Below are positions 1-31,339 of a DNA stretch of 64,000 bases, piece by piece. Source of the stretch: Mizuhopecten yessoensis. Taxonomy: Eukaryota. Position 1 is the stretch's first letter. Every line of letters starts with the position of its first letter. The translations under genes were made by a program, and so were the position numbers. Location: the NCBI RefSeq assembly GCF_002113885.1, contig NW_018407979.1, positions 360,373-424,372 of the forward strand. The letters are read 5' to 3'. A model generated the notes under the pieces. That model was given only the letters and a program-made list of their open reading frames with translations. It ran no database searches and was not told the DNA's origin.

Positions 1-164
1 AAAAACATTCTTGAAATTACTAGAAGAGGTGAACAAATATCATATAATGTCCTGCCCTGCCCCATATGACATGCTTGCCTACATCAGATTTGATTTATAT
101 ATTTTCCCATACATCATATTTGGTACAAGGAAAATATATCGCTTGGTTTGTAAATAGTTTAAGT

Positions 165-255
165 TTAACCTTTTCACCACTGTAGACAATAATGGACTAA
201 TCCATATCAATGCATGGTAGAGTCTACTTAAGTTACCTAGGGGTGAAAGGGTTAA
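165..255. mobile_element. 91-bp TTAA-flanked MITE, family A (piggyBac-like)
   Basis: TTAACCYTTTCACC...GGTGAAAGGGTTAA terminal inverted repeats. Other copies at 31740-31830, 35035-35125, 48135-48225, 53003-53088, 57450-57540, and a partial copy at about 45060-45103. Confidence 0.85.
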
Positions 256-826
256 GCAATGGTCAGAGATCACACCAGGGTCAAAAGAAGGTAAGTCTTG
301 GAAGTACAGACCTGTGCTTTATAATACTTCTGCTGTGGTGTATAACAGACTGTTATAGCAGAAATATTTGTCATATTTACCTACATTTTTTATTCATCAA
401 GATATAGAAGTCCTTGATTGTGATAAGAACGGGGGTGGGGCATTATGATTACAGAAAAGTCTCAGCAGTTTTGCTTGTTGTTACATGTAATAAAATAGAA
501 CTTCATATAGTCGTAGAAGAGACACATTTGAGAAAACAAAAACAAAATAGACTAACGGTAATCATAGTTTCTTAATGAAAAATAAGTTTGGAAGCATTTA
601 TCAAATAATTTTCTGATCTTTTATTAGGAAACCTTTCGCTAATACTTAGATATATGTGATAGGAACTGTCAGAGGGGGACTGACTACAACTGTTATAGTG
701 ATACAGCGTAGCTAATTATCCCTCGGTTTACTGTCGGCACAAATCTCACTCCTTCGCTACAAACATACAGGAAGGATACAACTATAGGTGCCATTCATTA
801 CAAACATTATACAGCACTACATTGCA

Positions 827-1181
827 CATCCTCGATATCCAGAGGTTACGCTCACTTTCGCTCTCTACACCCTTGGAATATGTCCTAGTAAAATTGAAGG
901 CTCAGTGTGCGCCACCTTGTTGATGAGGCAAGAAAACTAGTTCGACCCTTTGATGTACATCAAAAGAACCTGCGGTCACCTAACGGTAAAAATTGACAGA
1001 CTTTGAAGTCGGGCGTCTCTCCTTTGTTATCTTCAAAGGTCAAGTATCAGCCTAGCGATTGGTCTGGTGGTTTTTTACTCGAGACCAATCAAACAGCTAT
1101 CTTCGTGCCTTCAATTTTGCTATGACATATTCCAGGGGTGTAGAGAACGAAAGTGAGCGCAACCCCTGGATATTGAGGATG
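827..1181. mobile_element. MITE with about 65-bp terminal inverted repeats
   Basis: Left arm CATCCTCGATATCCAGAGGTTACGCTCACTTTCG...GGAATATGTC is the reverse complement of the right arm GACATATTCCAGGGGTGTAGAGAACGAAAGTGAGCGCAACCCCTGGATATTGAGGATG. A related degenerate copy lies at about 14725-14885. Confidence 0.8.
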
Positions 1182-1745
1182 TACATCGCATGACTGATGT
1201 CAATGTATATATATCAGTTATTTCTCTAAAAATAGTTTCTACAATGAAACGGAAATATCAGCATGCCCCTTGTTTATATAAAGTAAAACCTTATATAATG
1301 CCCCCCTTGTCCAAACATTTCTTTTACAAGTTTCATTCAAAGCTTATTGCTGCATGCCTTACAATGGACTTCCTACTTTCACAGGACAAATGGTAGGGGT
1401 TTACAAAGATATTACTGCATTGCTATTTAGTTCTAACATCTTGTGTTATACAAAATGTCATCATTTCGCAATCATTGTTTGCCTAAAGTTTTGTTTTTTG
1501 GAACATATCAACTACCATTTTTTGCTGTGCATAGAACCATTTCAAGCCAATCATTCAAAATCTAATGTTTTGATTAAGATAAAGTTTTAATTTGTAAAGT
1601 TCTACAGTTCACCATTTCTTACATTTTCATTTCGTATAAAAAAAAAAGTGAACAAGTAAACTTTATCTACTAATTCAATCATTAATTGAGGAAGGTTTCT
1701 GTTCCCTATATACAGAACAATTTCCAACAGAAAGCCGGTGATCAC

Positions 1746-4700
1746 CTTGTAGAATACTCTCTGGGTTCCTCAGCATGGCCTTCTTAGTGGCTGGCACCAT
1801 AAGGTTCTGGAAGTCTTCGTGTGTGCAGTGGCGCAGCAAGTGGTTACACGATATCTACGACACAAAAATACTTATACACGTTTCTCCAGCGATTTTACCA
1901 AATACACACTTATCACATATGCCTTTATCAGGTATACCTTTATCAAATGTGCATTTATCAAACAAAATATCTTCATCAAAACCATCTTTACATGAAACAC
2001 TTTTATAAAATACATATTAAAAAGTAGTAACAATGACTAAATCATTTATGTACATATAGAATCTCTATAAAAAGATTTTCTTAAATTTCTCACTCATACT
2101 ATCAATCATAACTGAATATTGTACAAATACATTTGGAATCTTTATTAAATTATCATTTATGTAAAACAATAGAAATTGGAAACATTATTTTTGCATATAA
2201 AGAAATGTGCACACTGCTTTTTAGAACATTAAGGTTCAATTATGAACATTTGAATTTCATTCTTTTTTAAATTTTGTCAATTTACATCACGTGAATTGAT
2301 TACATTAAGGTTAAAATATATATTTGGAATGTGGTGTTTATTCAAGCCCTATAAAATAAGCAAGATTTTGGAAAGCTATTATAATTATATTTTGTTTAAG
2401 CTGGGCAAAGTTGAAATACCTTTATACATTACTCACCAGCAGCTTTAAAAAGCTGACAAAACATTATACAATACTTTCAATAAGATTCATCAGTTTGGAA
2501 ATATGTAATATCTGAGTTTTACTTTCTACAACAACAATGTACGTATTAAATGTGTTGCAACGTTTCAAGACCGACTGGTCCCTTTGTCAAGCTATGACTT
2601 ACCTGTACCACGATGTTACAAAATTGTATATTTTTATGTCACTCGACCGGGGACATTTCCCCTACTGATAGAGAGCATATACACACTGCATCCCCCCCCC
2701 TCATTACCATATGCAAAAATAAATTACTCTAAAATGTAGAATGCATGATTTTATATGCCAAAAGATTATATGAGAAAAAAAATGACCCTCATGACTCCAC
2801 CCCTTTGGCTCGGTCCCTATGGGTCATATCAATATTCTCAAAGTTTGGTACACTTCCCCACACAAATATCTACCATGTTCAAAAGTTTCAAGTTCCTATT
2901 TCAAATAGTGTAGAAGAAGTTATTTTACCCCTTATCCCTCAAGTAACCCCCCCTCGTACACTTTATGTTAAATAAATTGCTTTAAAATGTAGAACTCATG
3001 ATAAAGATTAATTTGATATGCTATAAGACTGTATTTTTTTCTTTATTTCTTTTTTAATATTTGAACCCACCCCCTCTGGCCCGGCCCCAGGAGGTCATAT
3101 CAAAAATCTGAAAGTGTTGTACACTCATTCATACGGCTCCCCCTCCACCATGTCTAAAAGTTTTAAGTTGTTCTTCAAACAAGCAACCCCCCCCCCCCCC
3201 CTGTTATACCAAATGCTAAAATAAATTACTGTAAAATATAAAATATAGAATAATGTTTGATTTGATATGATAAAAGACTCCATTTTTTTTCTCCTCCCAA
3301 ATATTTGATCCCCATGACCCGAATCGCTCACTCAGTCATAGCTTGACAATGGAGCAGTCGGTCTTGAAATGTTGCAACACGTTTAATACGTGCATTGTTT
3401 GTGTAAAAAGTAAAACTTTGATATTAATACAATACTCACCAGCAGCTTGAAAAAGCTTACAAAACTTTATGTGTTACTTGCCAGGAACTGAACAAAGTTG
3501 TCTTGGCTTCATAAATTACTCACCAGGGCCTGTATTAAAGAAACCATTCCATTAATGGAACAAGATATTGGGTTTGAGCACAGAATCTGAGTTTGAGCAA
3601 GGGAACAGTTTCTTGAATACGGGCCCAGGAGCTTGACCAAGACAACGAAACATTATACAATGCTCACCAGCAGCTGAACAGATGGTTTGGTCCTGGATCC
3701 CAGTACTTGTCTGGTGTACATGTCGAGGAAGGGGCCCTGTAGGGGAGAAAATACAGGCAAGACGCTATTAAAACACTGGTACTTCTACATAAAGTCAGTT
3801 AATGCATTGTAGATGAAAATTATATGTATTTATATGGTATACAGATTTTTACACAATATTTAATGGACTGTGTACTGTATAACTTTTTATAAAATATCTA
3901 ATTGACTACGTACTATATAGATTTCTTTTACAATTTTTAATGGACTGTGTACTGTATAACTTTTTATAAAATATCTAATTGACTACGTACTATATAGATT
4001 TCTTTTACAATTTTTAATTGACTATGTGTATAGAATTGTATACAATTTTTTATTGACTATGTGCTATATAGAATTCTATACAATATTTTATTGACTATGT
4101 AATATAATTGTTACTTTTACCTACAAGATGAGTATCTGATATTTCTACAGACTTTGAAGCATTTGGATATTTTGCTTTAAATGAACTTAAAACAAAAACT
4201 GATATTCTCATAAATGTAGAGTTCAAACTTTTGAATTCACCATATATTTCTTCAACTGAAACCATTTGTCGTACAATTATGATGTGCAGAGTTTTCTAAT
4301 AATTCAAAACAATGTTGATGAATAAAAATTAATTTTAATTGATGCCCACATTAACAAGAAATGGAAAAAACTAACGACAGCCAATAAATTAGTTGAGTAG
4401 CTAATGTACATGTTCAGCTTACTAGATCAGTTTACTTCTTATTATAGAAAGAAAATAATTATCAGGTCTCCTGGTCTCACACTTTTGCATAACTAAAGAG
4501 TTTTACATTGTGGTTTATTCCTATAAACACAACTTGTACAAAAACTACCCACCTTAAATTTTTTAAGAAGTTCCTGGTCTTTAGTCTTGGTAAGATATGA
4601 CATCAGGATGCCGACAGGACTCAGCACAAACATGGACGCCTCAACCTCCGTCAACAGTTGAGCATACTCATCTACTGCCTTGTCACTCTGGTCAAACAAA

Positions 4701-7700
4701 GCAGTATATTTGTTAAAACAGTTCTTGTCAAAAACTTACTTAAATACAGTTTTTACTTGTGGGAAGAAAACTCAAACATTTTGCTGCTGCAGTTGCTGGA
4801 CACCTTTGACTGTCGTGTGATTTTGAGCAAGATCCTTTGACGTAGCCTAATATCTAATAAGTTCTTCGATGTATACATAATTGGCCCACTTTATGGTTAT
4901 AATTATATAGAATATTCAATATTTATTTGATCCTATTTGCAACAGAAAGTATTTGGAAAAAGAGAACAAGCTGAAATACTTCTTTTGAAACTGTATTAAA
5001 AATACTTCTTTTGAAATTGTATTAAAAATACTTCTTTTGAAATTGTATTAAAAATACTTCTTTTGAAATTGTATTAAGAAATTGTATTAAAAATAATACA
5101 ATTGTATTAAAAATACTTCTTTTGAAATTGTATTAAGAAATTGTATTAAAAATACTTCTTTTGAAATTGTATTAAAAATACTTCTTTTGAAATTGTATTA
5201 AAACACTTCTTTTGAAATTGTATTAAAACACATTCTTTTGAAATTGTATCAAAAATACTTCTTTTGAAATTGTATTTAAACACTTCTTTTGAAATTGTAT
5301 TAAAAAATAAACACTTGGAGATTTATTTTTGCATTATTAGTAACCCACTGTCTTAATTTTTCTTTATTTATAATAAATTCTGCTGTTGTTGTTCCATGAC
5401 TTTTGCTGCTGTTGTTGTTCCATGACTTTTGTTGCTGTTGAAACTTACAGTTTTGAAGATCCAGATGAGTTTCCTATAGGCAGCGGAGTTGATGGTCTTA
5501 CATCCTGCAGCCAGGGCTCCATACACAAGGCCACATTGTACACCAACCTGTAAGTGCACAGTTTACAAATGTAGTTTAGCATTAACTAGTAGACCAAATA
5601 ATACCCTTCAAAACCCCTCTTATTGGTAACACTTGAGCATGTTGTGATTAAGTCCCCCATACTTATATGGTGCAGTGCGTTTTAAAGAAAGCTTCAAGGA
5701 TGTTACCATTGTGTGATGCGGTCTGCTGCGTCATCAAGCTGCTATGGTTTTGACACATGCAGGTTGATTTCAAAGCTAATTTTTTAAATGATTAAATTTT
5801 ATATTGTTTTAGTGACTATATGATATGTATCATTGACAGAAGTTTCAATATGAAAATATACACTTTATATTGTTTACAGTAATGTTACAGCGTATGTTTA
5901 TATTATATACAGGTTACTGAGACATGTAAGGGTACATTCAATACAAAAACAATCTATAAGATTTGTATATTGTACATTCTATCTTATTCATGTTTCCTTT
6001 GACTCATCTAAATTTACAGTCATCAATATTTTCTACTTTGCAGCCATATGTATATTTTATCATTACTGTTTTAAGGGAGAAGGTAAACTTTTAAGTTTTA
6101 TAACTTGTGTCTAATCCTTTTTTTTTTTGCAAATAAAATATGTTTAAATCAAACTAACAGTTTAGCATTGGTAACGATACTGATAGAATTTAGATTGTTG
6201 CCCTACATGTTCCTTGGTCAAAATAGGTTCATAGCAGTCATGGGTATTCTGTTCAACATGCAGAGTTTGAAATTGATTCAAAATCTGAACATCAGATCAA
6301 TTGATATACTTTCGCTCTAACCCACTGAGCTACCTGGTCAACGAAAGGGTCCTGACCCAACGGTGCTACAGTTATATCTAAACAGAGGTTAGGGGAGATT
6401 ACTGTATATACAAACAAAACAAAACAGTGCAGTGGGATAGCAGGGATCCTTAAATTCGAAATCAGGTACATTGTCAATTATCAATTAATATAAATTTACC
6501 AGTTGTTTGAAGGAATCTCTGGAGAGATTTCCCTTTAGGAATGTCTCCTGCATCACAACACATGTCCATGTCAGTGCAAATAGGGCCTCACCAGACGTGC
6601 TCCTACTGTTCACACACAGAAACAAAAAATATTACTTATAATCTCAGTACAAAGTCAAATACTTCTTGTTACTCACTTGCTTAAGAACTAAAAATACATA
6701 TTATCATCTATATTAACAGTGTTAAATCAAATACTTAATAATGTTAGTTACATATAGTTCTGTACAATAGTTGCAATTGGCTACCAAGGATTTTTACCAT
6801 TTTTTTTCTTTTCTATTTTGGCTTTCATTTAGCTTCAATAGCATTAGTAGTAGAAGATACAACTTAAAAAAAAAGGTAAACTTAAAATGCTTATAAAGAC
6901 ATAAATGCCCCTGCTCTCATTCAAATAAGTGTCATTGCTTCACCTATTTCTGTTAGCAGTAACAGTGACATTGGCCTTGACTTTTGAACTCTAAAATACA
7001 AACTGATTCAAAGTTTTTTTTTCTTGTACTTGATATAAAGTTTTATCAAAATCTGCTACGAAATAATGAACAGAGTGATAATGCTGAATTTGGACAGGAT
7101 GGACAAGGATAACATTACATGCCCCTTCCCTCCTCCCAATAAATGATAATGTAGCTCAATGTTTGGTCAATCTGTTTTCCATCCCTTCTGAAATAATCTT
7201 CTGAAGTGGCTGGAGTGCTTGCCTAAAACTTATTTCAGTACTTTAAGTAGCAGTTCTTTGCATGTATTGAGATACTGCAAATATGTGGGAATAATCTGGA
7301 AAGGAGTCTCTAAAACATATATTAGGGATGGAATATTTTTGGGCAAAGTTGGAAATAATTTAATCGAAACTATGTTTAACTTGAATCAATATCATCCATA
7401 TTAAGCTCGCTTGCCAGTATAAAACTTCCAAATCTTAGAAAATAATTTTAAATTGTCATTCAAGCATGATATATCATTATATATGCATATGTACATATTG
7501 AAACATCCCCTAAATATTGCATTATATTGCAACATGAAATGAACTTCCAATCAATATCCACCTGTAATACCTACGGTGGGAAAAAGACGATGATATTTCT
7601 GAAAAATCCTTACTGGTAGCGGAAATTAAATGTTGGTTGTCTGTATGGATGGCCTGTGGATTAACTAAATGACCAACTAAATACCTTTTACATAATATGA

Positions 7701-9151
7701 AAATTGTTAAAGGACAGGTTTCATACCAAAAATGTTGTTCCTTTTTGTGAAAGTTTGCATGTGCCTCCAAGGTGCTGGACAGTGTTTTGACAGTCGACTC
7801 AGGATGGGTCTTGGTAACTGCCCTGATGACCTTTAAAACGGCATGGCGAGATTTGTTGTCTTGGTAACGGCTTATTGTTGGAGCCAAGTATTTGAAAATC
7901 CCTCGTACTGCATTCTCTGGAAACTCTAGTGGAAAATAAAACAATGAAAATGTAAATTAAAAATACAGCAAATCTATAGTAATTATCAAAATCTAGTTAT
8001 TAAAAAGAGTCGCTTCAATGTTTGAATCTTAAACAAGTCCATTTATAACTACATTTCAACCAGCAAGATCAATAACTTATATATATACCAATAAAGTTAT
8101 CTACTTTCTGAAGAATGAACATATTTGTCTATTGATTTAAGGCATTAATTTATACTGAGAGGATATCATCTTTCCGAGTCATAATGCATCATGTTTAACT
8201 ATAAATTAAAGGCCCTTAAGAAACAACTGTGGATTTCACCCTCATATTGATTTAATTTGCTGAAAACAGCAAGGAATGTAAAATATGTGAATTTGATAAA
8301 TGGAAGTAAAGAACTACAAAATGAAAATTTGGTAGTTCCTTGTATATCCTTGTGCAGGGTCACACAGGTCAGGAGACATATAGCTTGATAAAATCTACCA
8401 TATGTTTATGTCTTGTGTCAAGTTAACAGTTCATAGGATACACGATGAATGGATCTTATATAGTAAAGCAAGTTACTGTTATTTTCATTAACAACCATTA
8501 GCATCTGGATTTATAAAATTATTTCACATGACTTTTGAAATCTGCAATGACCTATAATAAGAAATTACGAAACTGAAAGTAATAAATATATTTTAATTGT
8601 TTATACTAGCAATCACAATATTTATTCCAATATCTGAATATTTACTTTGATCGCTCTTTACTACAAATGCATGACGGATATAAAACAGAAAAAAGTTGGC
8701 GTCTAGGCATATAAAACACGGGGATAGCTCAATGTCACTTTTGAAATTTTTGAGACCACCCCTCAGTTTGAAAAAAAAATGAGCAAAAAATTGCCTAACA
8801 TGCAATAATATTTAATTTTATTTGTATACAGATCATGTTTACATCGTTTTCTTGGTCAAATATGGATGCAAAGAATATAAGAGCGATGTAAAGTGACTTA
8901 ATGCACTGTTATTTCCAAATGTCATCAACTTACCGGGGGCTGCAGCGATCACTGCCACATCGTTAAGTACGCCGATTCTCTCCTTTGTGCTGGATACAGA
9001 AACTTTTTGGGAAAATCTTTTGAGTATATCAGCATTCTGAAAGAAAAATCAATACAATTAAGCTATTATTTATACAGATTGGTGGAAATTTGACATGTCC
9101 ACGTGTCCTGAAGAAAATTAAACTTACCGTTGTTCCCGCATGTTCCGCCAT
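1746..9151 (-). CDS. GCN1: GCN1 (activator of eIF2-alpha kinase GCN2, stalled-ribosome sensor); N-terminal part, gene continues beyond the left edge
   Basis: Phase-consistent GT-AG exons: 9151-9128 (MAEHAGTT), 9036-8934 (NADILKRFSQKVSVSSTKERIGVLNDVAVIAAAP), 7925-7727 (EFPENAVRGIFKYLAPTISRYQDNKSRHAV...), 6605-6500 (RSTSGEALFALTWTCVV...), 5547-5449 (VGVQCGLVYGALAAG...), 4687-4553 (SDKAVDEYAQLL...KKFK), 3736-3668 (GPFLDMYTRQVLGSRTKPSVQLL), 1854-1746 (ISCNHLLRHCTHEDFQNLMVPATKKAMLRNPESILQ). Colinear with the human GCN1 N-terminus as recalled (TLKRFAGKVTTASVKER, LPEGAVKG, ALLALTWTC, HSEFKDLILPTIQKSLLRSPE). Confidence 0.93.
2476..3426 (-). mobile_element. Non-coding Penelope-like insertion with inverted ~92-bp termini and 10-bp TSD
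   Basis: Arms 2506-2599 and 3335-3426 are inverted copies. TSD ATACAATACT at 2466-2475 and 3427-3436. There is a 30-bp one-sided extension at 2476-2505, a hammerhead-like core in the arms, and degenerate internal subrepeats of about 245 bp. Confidence 0.65.
2557..2592 (-). ncRNA. Putative minimal hammerhead ribozyme (U3-A8 variant)
   Basis: Minus strand reads GC-UUGACAA-AGGGACC-AGUC-GGUCUU-GAAA-CG-UU-GC: core boxes, helix II hairpin and palindromic AACGUU at helix III. A decayed second copy lies at about 3341-3375 on the plus strand. Confidence 0.5.
3527..3625. mobile_element. 99-bp PIF/Harbinger-type MITE with CAG TSD
   Basis: TIRs GGCCTGTATTAAAGAAAC / GTTTCTTGAATACGGGCC; CAG duplicated at 3524-3526 and 3626-3628. 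Confidence 0.75.
3846..4105. repeat. Degenerate ~34/35-bp tandem repeat including a near-exact ~69-bp duplication
   Basis: Recurring ttttacaatttttaatggactgtgtactgtataac / attgactatgt units in GCN1 intron 6. Confidence 0.75.
4974..5305. repeat. 26-bp minisatellite (AAATACTTCTTTTGAAATTGTATTAA)n, about 12 copies
   Basis: Directly visible tandem array in GCN1 intron 5. Confidence 0.92.
6312..6370 (-). mobile_element. Fragment of a tRNA-bearing LTR (5' end)
   Basis: Minus strand TGTAGCACCG...CCAGGTAGCTCAGTGGGTTAGAGCGA: TG start followed about 37 nt later by a tRNA A-box, the same layout as the elements at 28104, 61503 and 63178. Confidence 0.5.
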
Positions 9152-11062
9152 GCTTGTTGTGCAATGGCTCGTCGCGATAACCTCTGCTGAAATTTATTTT
9201 TTCAAAATACATGTTTTAACAACACTTTTAACATAATGTTGTATTAAAAACAACAATAGTCACTTTTTTTATTATTATTCAACATTCGAAAAAAATATTC
9301 CCAACTACAGCATTTATTCTACTAAACATATTTTTATTCCTAATAGTGCATCAATATAACAGAACTCTTTAAAAATGAAAATAGAAAAGTATGAATTTCC
9401 GCCAAAGACGGTATGACGTTGGAAGGGGCACCCAATGGGTCTCGAAAATTAGTTCCGGATTACTTTCTACCAACGCAACTTGCATATGCGGATAATCATA
9501 TCGCAGCTCAAAGATATAATATGACCAGAGACGTATATATTATATATAAATCTCTGATCTGACAATGTAATCCAACAATGTATTTTCTATAAAGAAAAAG
9601 CACTTTTGGTTACATGGAGAGTTATTTCCATGACAATGAAAAAAAAAAGTGAATTAGTGATACTATGTAAAATAGTTTATGCTGTTATTAGAGTAATTAG
9701 TTTAAATTAGACATTATCGAACAATACAAATCCGTCCTTTAATTTGAATTAATACTTGCAACGCATTTATAGTCTCAGATAATTTCCTTAGTGTAAAATT
9801 TGAAGCATGTTTCCTTTTTTTGTGTCATAAAAACTCTACAGAAAAAAATGGTTATTACTCATAAATAATTAAGCTGACATTTAAAATACATTTTTTGTAT
9901 TATTTTTGTCGTTTTAGAATGTCAAAATGTCAGCTTGTAAATTGTGAATATTCTATTCATCGTTTTATTTTCATGGACAGAAATATTCAACCTAAAGAAA
10001 ATGGTGATATTTGGGATAGAACAGATACAGCGAGTAGTTTTGGGGTTTTTTTTCAGGTGGGGGTGGTGGATTATGCTGACTTTATTTATTGAGTTTAAGA
10101 CAAATAATCTCATCTGTAGAGATCGGTAATTTAATATATTTTAATGTTCATCATTCGTGAGTAGAGAGTGGACAAAACTGCACACAAGTTTCAAGATATA
10201 TATACTGGGGGGGGGGGGGGGGGGAACTCTGACCAGATTGTATCAATACGGTAGAAGGTTAATCCATCCTAGCTTGAAATAATGTTGGCATATCTTAGAG
10301 TACATATGATACTTCATAGCAGACGGACAGATGCTACTAAGCGTTAACAACATAATCATTGATTTTTCGTAAAGCAGCATGCTTTAGCGGTAGGGGGCAT
10401 AACATAGGATGGGCAAGCTAAGGTCAACGGCAGAGTCAACATACGTCATACCACGATTCCTGCCATGTTGCGTGAATATTGTGACGTCACTGCATCTTTG
10501 AAATCGAATTCAGTTGTGCGAATAGAAGGAGAGGCTGTATTATTCAACCTCAATGATGGCATGTAAAGAGTAGAAAACACGATTGGATTTGGGGGTTCGA
10601 AAAACAACACAAGAATAGGATAGCGCTGTCATTGACTCAAATTGTAAATAACATATTATGTATATATACTAACTAGTCAAAGAATTGCGCCTAATTGAAT
10701 ATATGGTTTCAATTCAATTTAAATCAAATATAAGCGCTAAATATTTTTAACCCGATTTCCTATTGAACTGAACCTATCTCAAGATTTGAGTGTCATATCA
10801 CAATTACATTGACACATTTTAAAAATAGACAGTTATACATGGTATAAAAGCATAGTTACATAACAGGGATAAAATATATAGGTGATAGATTGCAGATAAG
10901 TTAAATTCAATAGGAAATTGAGTAACTGAAATACTTTTATCTATAATTAAGTGATATTTGAAGTCCATTGTGTCCTTGGATTCGAAATGTAATGGTTCTT
11001 GTATACGCCAGTAATGATGTGATAGCTAAGCTCATATCTCTTATCTACGTAATACTAATAAT

Positions 11063-11185
11063 TACAATAATTGGAGGTTCTTATATACCGCTTTATCACA
11101 ACCTAGTTCGTAGGTTGTCTCAAAGCGGTTCACAAATTATTATCCGTGGTTATATAAAGGGCTTTTGCAGCTAGCCAATATCTTT
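11063..11185 (-). mobile_element. 5'-truncated copy of the SINE at 17545-17895 (3' tail only)
   Basis: Near-identical to 17560-17680 (gaggttcttatataccgctttatcacaacctagttcgtagg...ccaatatct). Confidence 0.75.
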
Positions 11186-13199
11186 CTAGCGGGCGGGCTG
11201 CATGCAATATGGATGTAACCGATTTGCGTTCATACCGGTATGAAAATTTAAAAAACGTTCAACCCATATATGAAAGCGTTACATTATGACGTCGCAATCG
11301 TAAGCCTGCCAAAACGTCGTTGTCTGGCTACAACAAACTTGCCTAGGCATGTCACATCTCTTAACAAAATATATTACGCAAACTTATCATGAAGGACTAT
11401 ACCTACTTTTCACTATCTTTCCAAATAGGGCATTATTTCAAGTTTTACAAGTCGATGTTACTGATGAAATCCTTCGATGTCACACATATCATTTTGAGAT
11501 ATTTTCGAGCTGAAAATTGTTTCCATGTAGTACATGCGCTTGGTTATTTGTTCTTAGCTTTAAAACAGCATCAGTTGATACTGATAAGTCCGGATATATC
11601 TACCAGGCATACGTATTTTGCATTGCGACTGTGACGTCACTGTTCACACGCGTCATCATCTAGTGTTGACAATACATTCACTGAAGCCAACTCGAATTTT
11701 CTGCAGCTATACCACATTATTTAGAATATTTTGATTTAGTTTATTCTTACTCCTACAGTTCAGTGCACATTCTTTGATTTTGAACTACATTGTAGAAATT
11801 GACACATAATGGATATCTTCAATGTAGCGTACGTATTTCATGCGTTTATGTTACTTCTAAAAAGTTCTTCTGAAGACATTTTAACACAAGTTCAAATATA
11901 AAGTAATTTTCTTTCTGAATTTTTCAACAAACACAAAGATATTTTTTTTCTTCTGAATTACTTTCCGTTACCTGATTTTTAAGAACATGATTTATTTTTT
12001 AAAGTCACATTTTGCTGTGCCATCTGCTTCTTCACTTTACCAAATTATTTTAGAGAAAAATATGCAGTAAATTCTCTTACAGTAATTGTGTGTATATATG
12101 CTTTGTGAAATCACTATTGGCATCAGAATAATTGAATGAAAAACAGTGGAAATGCGCCATGGATAGGAAGATATTTCGGCATATAACTGACATGTGCAAG
12201 TATAAATACATGTAGTTTCAAGAGCAACACCAAATTAAGGCATAGGTCAGAATTCTTTTTATAAATGTATTTATTATTGGATATTCGACTGTTCTTCAAG
12301 ACGTAACAATTCCTCCGTACTTTCTTGTCTTTGAATGTTCTTTGTCTTTAGGTAGAATCTTTTCAATATGTACTGCGTAATGTAATTATTATACTAATTG
12401 TATATTTACATACAAAATTTTACTGTTAAAATGTAAGCATTAATTCTGGAGTAAGACCTTTGATTCTTTTGAATGCGTGTATTGACAAACACTAGACTAA
12501 AGTCTAAAAAAATTGTGTAAATAAACTGCTTTCGTTCTTATACTCATGTCAGTACTTAACGGTACCATCTGAAGAAAACAAACAAATAGACCGGTAGTTA
12601 ATGCTAAAAATTATTTTGACTCGATACAGCTACTGTTACCTTCTTCTGATTTCTTGAGGCAATCCAACAGATCAATATTTATTTTTTTGACATTACTATT
12701 AACAAGTGTTGCTAGATGCGTGTTATAATGTTATGAAGGGCATGGAATTTCTTTTCCGAATGGTGTAAATATANTATATAGAATGGTACCTCCATTGAAT
12801 TCTGCAAGGATTGGATTCTAACTATTCTATACTATAGCTACCGACTGTAAATAAAATGAAACAGTTAAATTATGCAGGAAATTGTCTTTTCGTGTGTGCC
12901 CGCTGACTATAGTATAGGTCTCACGCACCTATTTCATATTAGTGACGGGCCAGTCTACCTTAGCTGCATTAGATGTCGTATTATTTTTCAGTAGAAACAT
13001 GATTGATTTATGACGGTTTTCTTGTTTATTTAATGAAAATGGATAGCTTACATACGAAAAGCACGATATATAGTCGAAATATTTCACTGCGTTTTGATAC
13101 AGATCAAAATCTCTTTTCATGTTAAAATTCTGTGGTATGCAAATAATAGGGGTCGGTTATTCCGTCTGCACCGTAAATATGCCGAAAATGGTTCAAAGA

Positions 13200-13463
13200 A
13201 TTCCCGGCTGAAACTGATTAAACCAATCAAAAAGGGTTTTACAACTACAGTACATTTCCGCCCTCGCTATGCAGTATTCCTATTGGATAAAATATGTCGT
13301 GGGTTTTCATGCATGTGATATCTGACGTCATATATGGAATCCCTCGGAAAGATTCCCGGCTGTGGCGTAGTGTAAGACTAACGAATACGTAGTAAAGTAG
13401 AAGTCTACTTTCAAGATCGCAGTTTGAAACAAAACTTTTATACAAGGACACAAATGTGGCGAT
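13200..13463 (+). promoter_or_regulatory. Candidate S6K proximal promoter / 5' UTR
   Basis: Locally CpG-enriched; CCAAT at 13223, ATTGG at 13282 and a full CRE TGACGTCA at 13323-13330, directly upstream of the ATG at 13464. Confidence 0.45.

Positions 13464-31339
<17,876 letters not shown>

Noticed and set aside
1-1745. Further GCN1 exons or other genes in the short ORFs at the left edge
   Set aside because: No segment resembling the expected next GCN1 region with proper splice sites was found; the ORFs overlap MITEs or AT-rich intron sequence.
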